The notes under the pieces: model-generated
Seen by the model: only the letters and a program-made list of their open reading frames with translations
Told to the model about the DNA's origin: nothing
Databases searched by the model: none
Made by a program: the position numbers and the translations under genes
Assembly (NCBI RefSeq): GCF_038025025.1
Contig: NW_027117343.1
Span: 868,001-932,000, forward strand
Direction of reading: 5' to 3'
Source: Phyllosticta citribraziliensis
Lineage: Eukaryota
DNA length: 64,000 nt
Part shown: positions 61,501-64,000 of the stretch, piece by piece
Layout of the letters: each line of letters opens with the position of its first letter
How positions within the stretch are numbered: the stretch's first letter is position 1

Positions 61501-64000
61501 CTTCTTGTTTTCTTCCTCCAGCTTGGTCTTTTCACTAGACAGTTGCGTAATGCGTGTCCTTTGCGTGTCACCAGCACGGGAGTTTGACCGCGCAATGTCG
61601 AGGTTCTTTTGCTGAATCTTGTTGAGCAGCGCCTTGTTGTCGTTCTCCGAAGCCGAAAGGCGGCCCTTGATGGTAACCAACTCTCGCTCGAGCCTCTCCT
61701 TGTATTGGTCGTTGTAAGCCCGGTAGGTGTCCGACTCGGAAATCATTTGTGTCAGGCCTGAAACCTCATTGGAAAGACGGGCACATTCCGACTTCAAATC
61801 CTCTGTTTCCATTTCCTTGGCCTCCAGCTGTTTGCGCAGCACAGCCTGTCGCTCGTTGGCAAGGCGGACGACGTTCGTTTCGGCAGAGGCTTCGGCTTCA
61901 AGCTTTTCTTCCTGTAGCTCCAAAAACTTTTGACGCAAGCTGCGGAGTTCTTCTTGATAGTCTTTGCGCTCCTTGTCTGCGTTCGCGCGAGCTTCCGTGG
62001 CACGTCGAAGAACATCCTGTTGGACGTACATTTCCTTTTCAATGTTGATCTTGGCTTCCTTCAGTCCGTCATAGTCTTTCTTGAGACCGTTGTACTTGTG
62101 GTCGCTCAGCATTTGAACGTCATCACGAGACTGTCTCTCACGGCTGAGATCAGACTGAACCTGGTACAGTTCCTTTTTCAGATCGTCCAGCTGCTTTGCC
62201 AAGAATTTTCGCTCTTCGACAGCATCAGCGTCTTCAGACAATTTGGCCTCGAGCATCGTTTTGGCATCCGCCGCCTCTCGCTCGAGCTGAGCCTTGGCAG
62301 ACTGCATGGCTTCCATTTCCGCCTTGACCTCGCGAAGTTGAGACTGAATGCTGTCATGTCGAGTCGACAAAGTTTTCCACTCTATCTCCATTTTCTGCCG
62401 ATCTGATTCGTGCTGCTTGTTCTCAGACTTGAGAATTGCGAGTTCACTGTCTTTACGACGGACAAGGTCCTCGTAGCTGGTGGCGCTGTTTGACAAATCA
62501 GACATTTGCGTTCGGATCTCGCGGTTCTCATCGACCAGGTCCTTGATTTGCTTTTTGGAAGCATTGAGGTCCCGCGTAGTTGTTGCAAGCTTGACATCCA
62601 GATCTTGGTCGTTTTTGAGCATCTTAGCCTCGAGATCTTTCAACTTCCGCTCCTTCAGCCCAAGGTGGCTGTTGAGCATGTTGACTTCTTGCTGGAGCTT
62701 TTCCTCGGCCGCGGTCCGCTGATTACGAGAGCTTTCCAGGTCCGTTACTTGAAGATCGAGCTCGGTGATCCTGTCCAGGAGGTCTTGCTTTTCAGTCTCC
62801 AGAGCTCCAATGATTTCACCGGCTTGTTCGAGTTCCTGACGCCACTGCTCAGCTTGCTCTTCCGTCTGCTTCTTTGCAATCATCAGCGCTGACAGTTGCG
62901 CCTCCAGGTTGTCAGAGTCGGCCTCGGCTTCGGCAAGTCTTTCAGTAAGCTCAGCTTCTCGTTCCTGAAGACGCTTGAAAATTTCTTCCTTGTCCAGTGC
63001 CAAAGCGCGCTCGCTTTCGAGAGTGTCCTGGATGCGTTGGACTTCAGTCTCAGCACGACGACGCTCTTCTTCGATTCTTTGGCGCTCGGACGCCTCATCG
63101 CGCCTCTGGTTCTCGAGCTGTTGAATCATCTCATCGCGCTTCTTGACTTCTTGGGCCTGACGAGTAGCTCCGAGCAGTGGCCTCATGCGAACGAATAGTT
63201 TCCACCACGGATTGTCTTGCAAATCGAGATAGACTTGAAAGTTGTGGTGAATCACGCGCGTGGCTTCTGCACGATAGAGCCGCTTGTGTGCAATACGCCT
63301 CTGAACATAACCGCGAGCAACTGATTGGAAGCCGCCGACAATCTTGCTAATCAGAGTATCACGCTGCTCTTCCAACTCGGCCAAGACTCCGGCACGGAAG
63401 AAGACCTTGGTGAGACCGACGCGGTAGAACGAACGATCCATGTTGAGCTTTTCCAAAATCATTCTGGCGGCAGTCTGGCCTTCCAAGTATTCTTTGGGAA
63501 TGTCGTTGCAGAGGATCTCGTATCGTTGACGGAACTCTGCGAACGTCAATCTGTTGGGAAACCCGGTGCGGGCGATCCTGATTCCCTCCAAGACACCATT
63601 GCAGCGGAGCTGATCGAGAACGAGGGGGGCGCTGAAAAGTTTTGGTCGTTTCTTGTGATTTGGCAGAATGCATCTGACAAAGTGCGGATGAGTGGAATGC
63701 AACTGCCCCATGAGCTTTGACAGATTCTCCTTGTGTTTCTGTGCAACAGTTCTGAAGAGGCCTTTCTTGACCAGGCTTCGCGTGGCACCAGCATCTTCAT
63801 CAGTATCTGCACAATCCGCAAAGAGGGTGGAAACATGTCTGTCGTTTGACCGAGCCAGAAGGCGAGTCACATTGTCGTTCATGGGATCTTTGTTCTTCTC
63901 CAGCCAGCCACTGGTTGAATATTCCACCTCGGCCGCGTAGTGGGTAAGGATAAATCCGTTCGTCAACATGGAACGCCTGTACTTTGGTGTTTTGCGATCC
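58594..64000 (-). CDS. Myosin II heavy chain; 3' part (end of motor domain, IQ region, coiled-coil tail), 5' end outside the window
   Basis: HYAAEVEY..GWLEKNKDP, HFVRCILPN, QLRCNGVLEGIRI, GLTKVFFRAG, PWWKLF, then more than 1300 aa of heptad coiled coil. Intron 59169..59116, stop at 58594. Confidence 0.96.

Overview
Intron-containing genomic DNA from a filamentous ascomycete (Pezizomycotina; Dothideomycete-like by gene content, which is inference). It holds about 23 protein-coding genes with short GT-AG introns. I found no supportable tRNA, rRNA, CRISPR array or intact transposon. The centrepiece is a complete four-gene carotenoid/retinal/rhodopsin (car) cluster at 28.2-39.9 kb: carX divergent from carRA, followed by carB and carO, the arrangement known from Fusarium. 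Other genes: IST3, a GNAT-like protein, a probably dual-targeted arginyl-tRNA synthetase, an NDT-like protein, a Dal5-type MFS transporter, a flavin-only cellobiose dehydrogenase, a LaeA-like methyltransferase, an aquaporin, a secreted beta-propeller, an F-box protein, a GT90 glycosyltransferase, NOP6, a DUF6590-like protein and the 3' part of myosin II. The most unusual observations are: (1) a large nucleotidyltransferase-like/ankyrin protein ending in a near-perfect histone H3 tail mimic (ARKATGGKAPRKAL), next to a putatively lipidated, catalytically dead nucleotidyltransferase-like gene; (2) an ArgRS with both ATP-binding signatures altered (HAGH to GYAH, MSTRKG to MSTRLG); (3) a stand-alone Copia Gag-like gene with a charged repeat tail; (4) a perfect 28-bp inverted repeat bracketing carO. 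All family assignments come from motif recognition by eye; no database searches were run.
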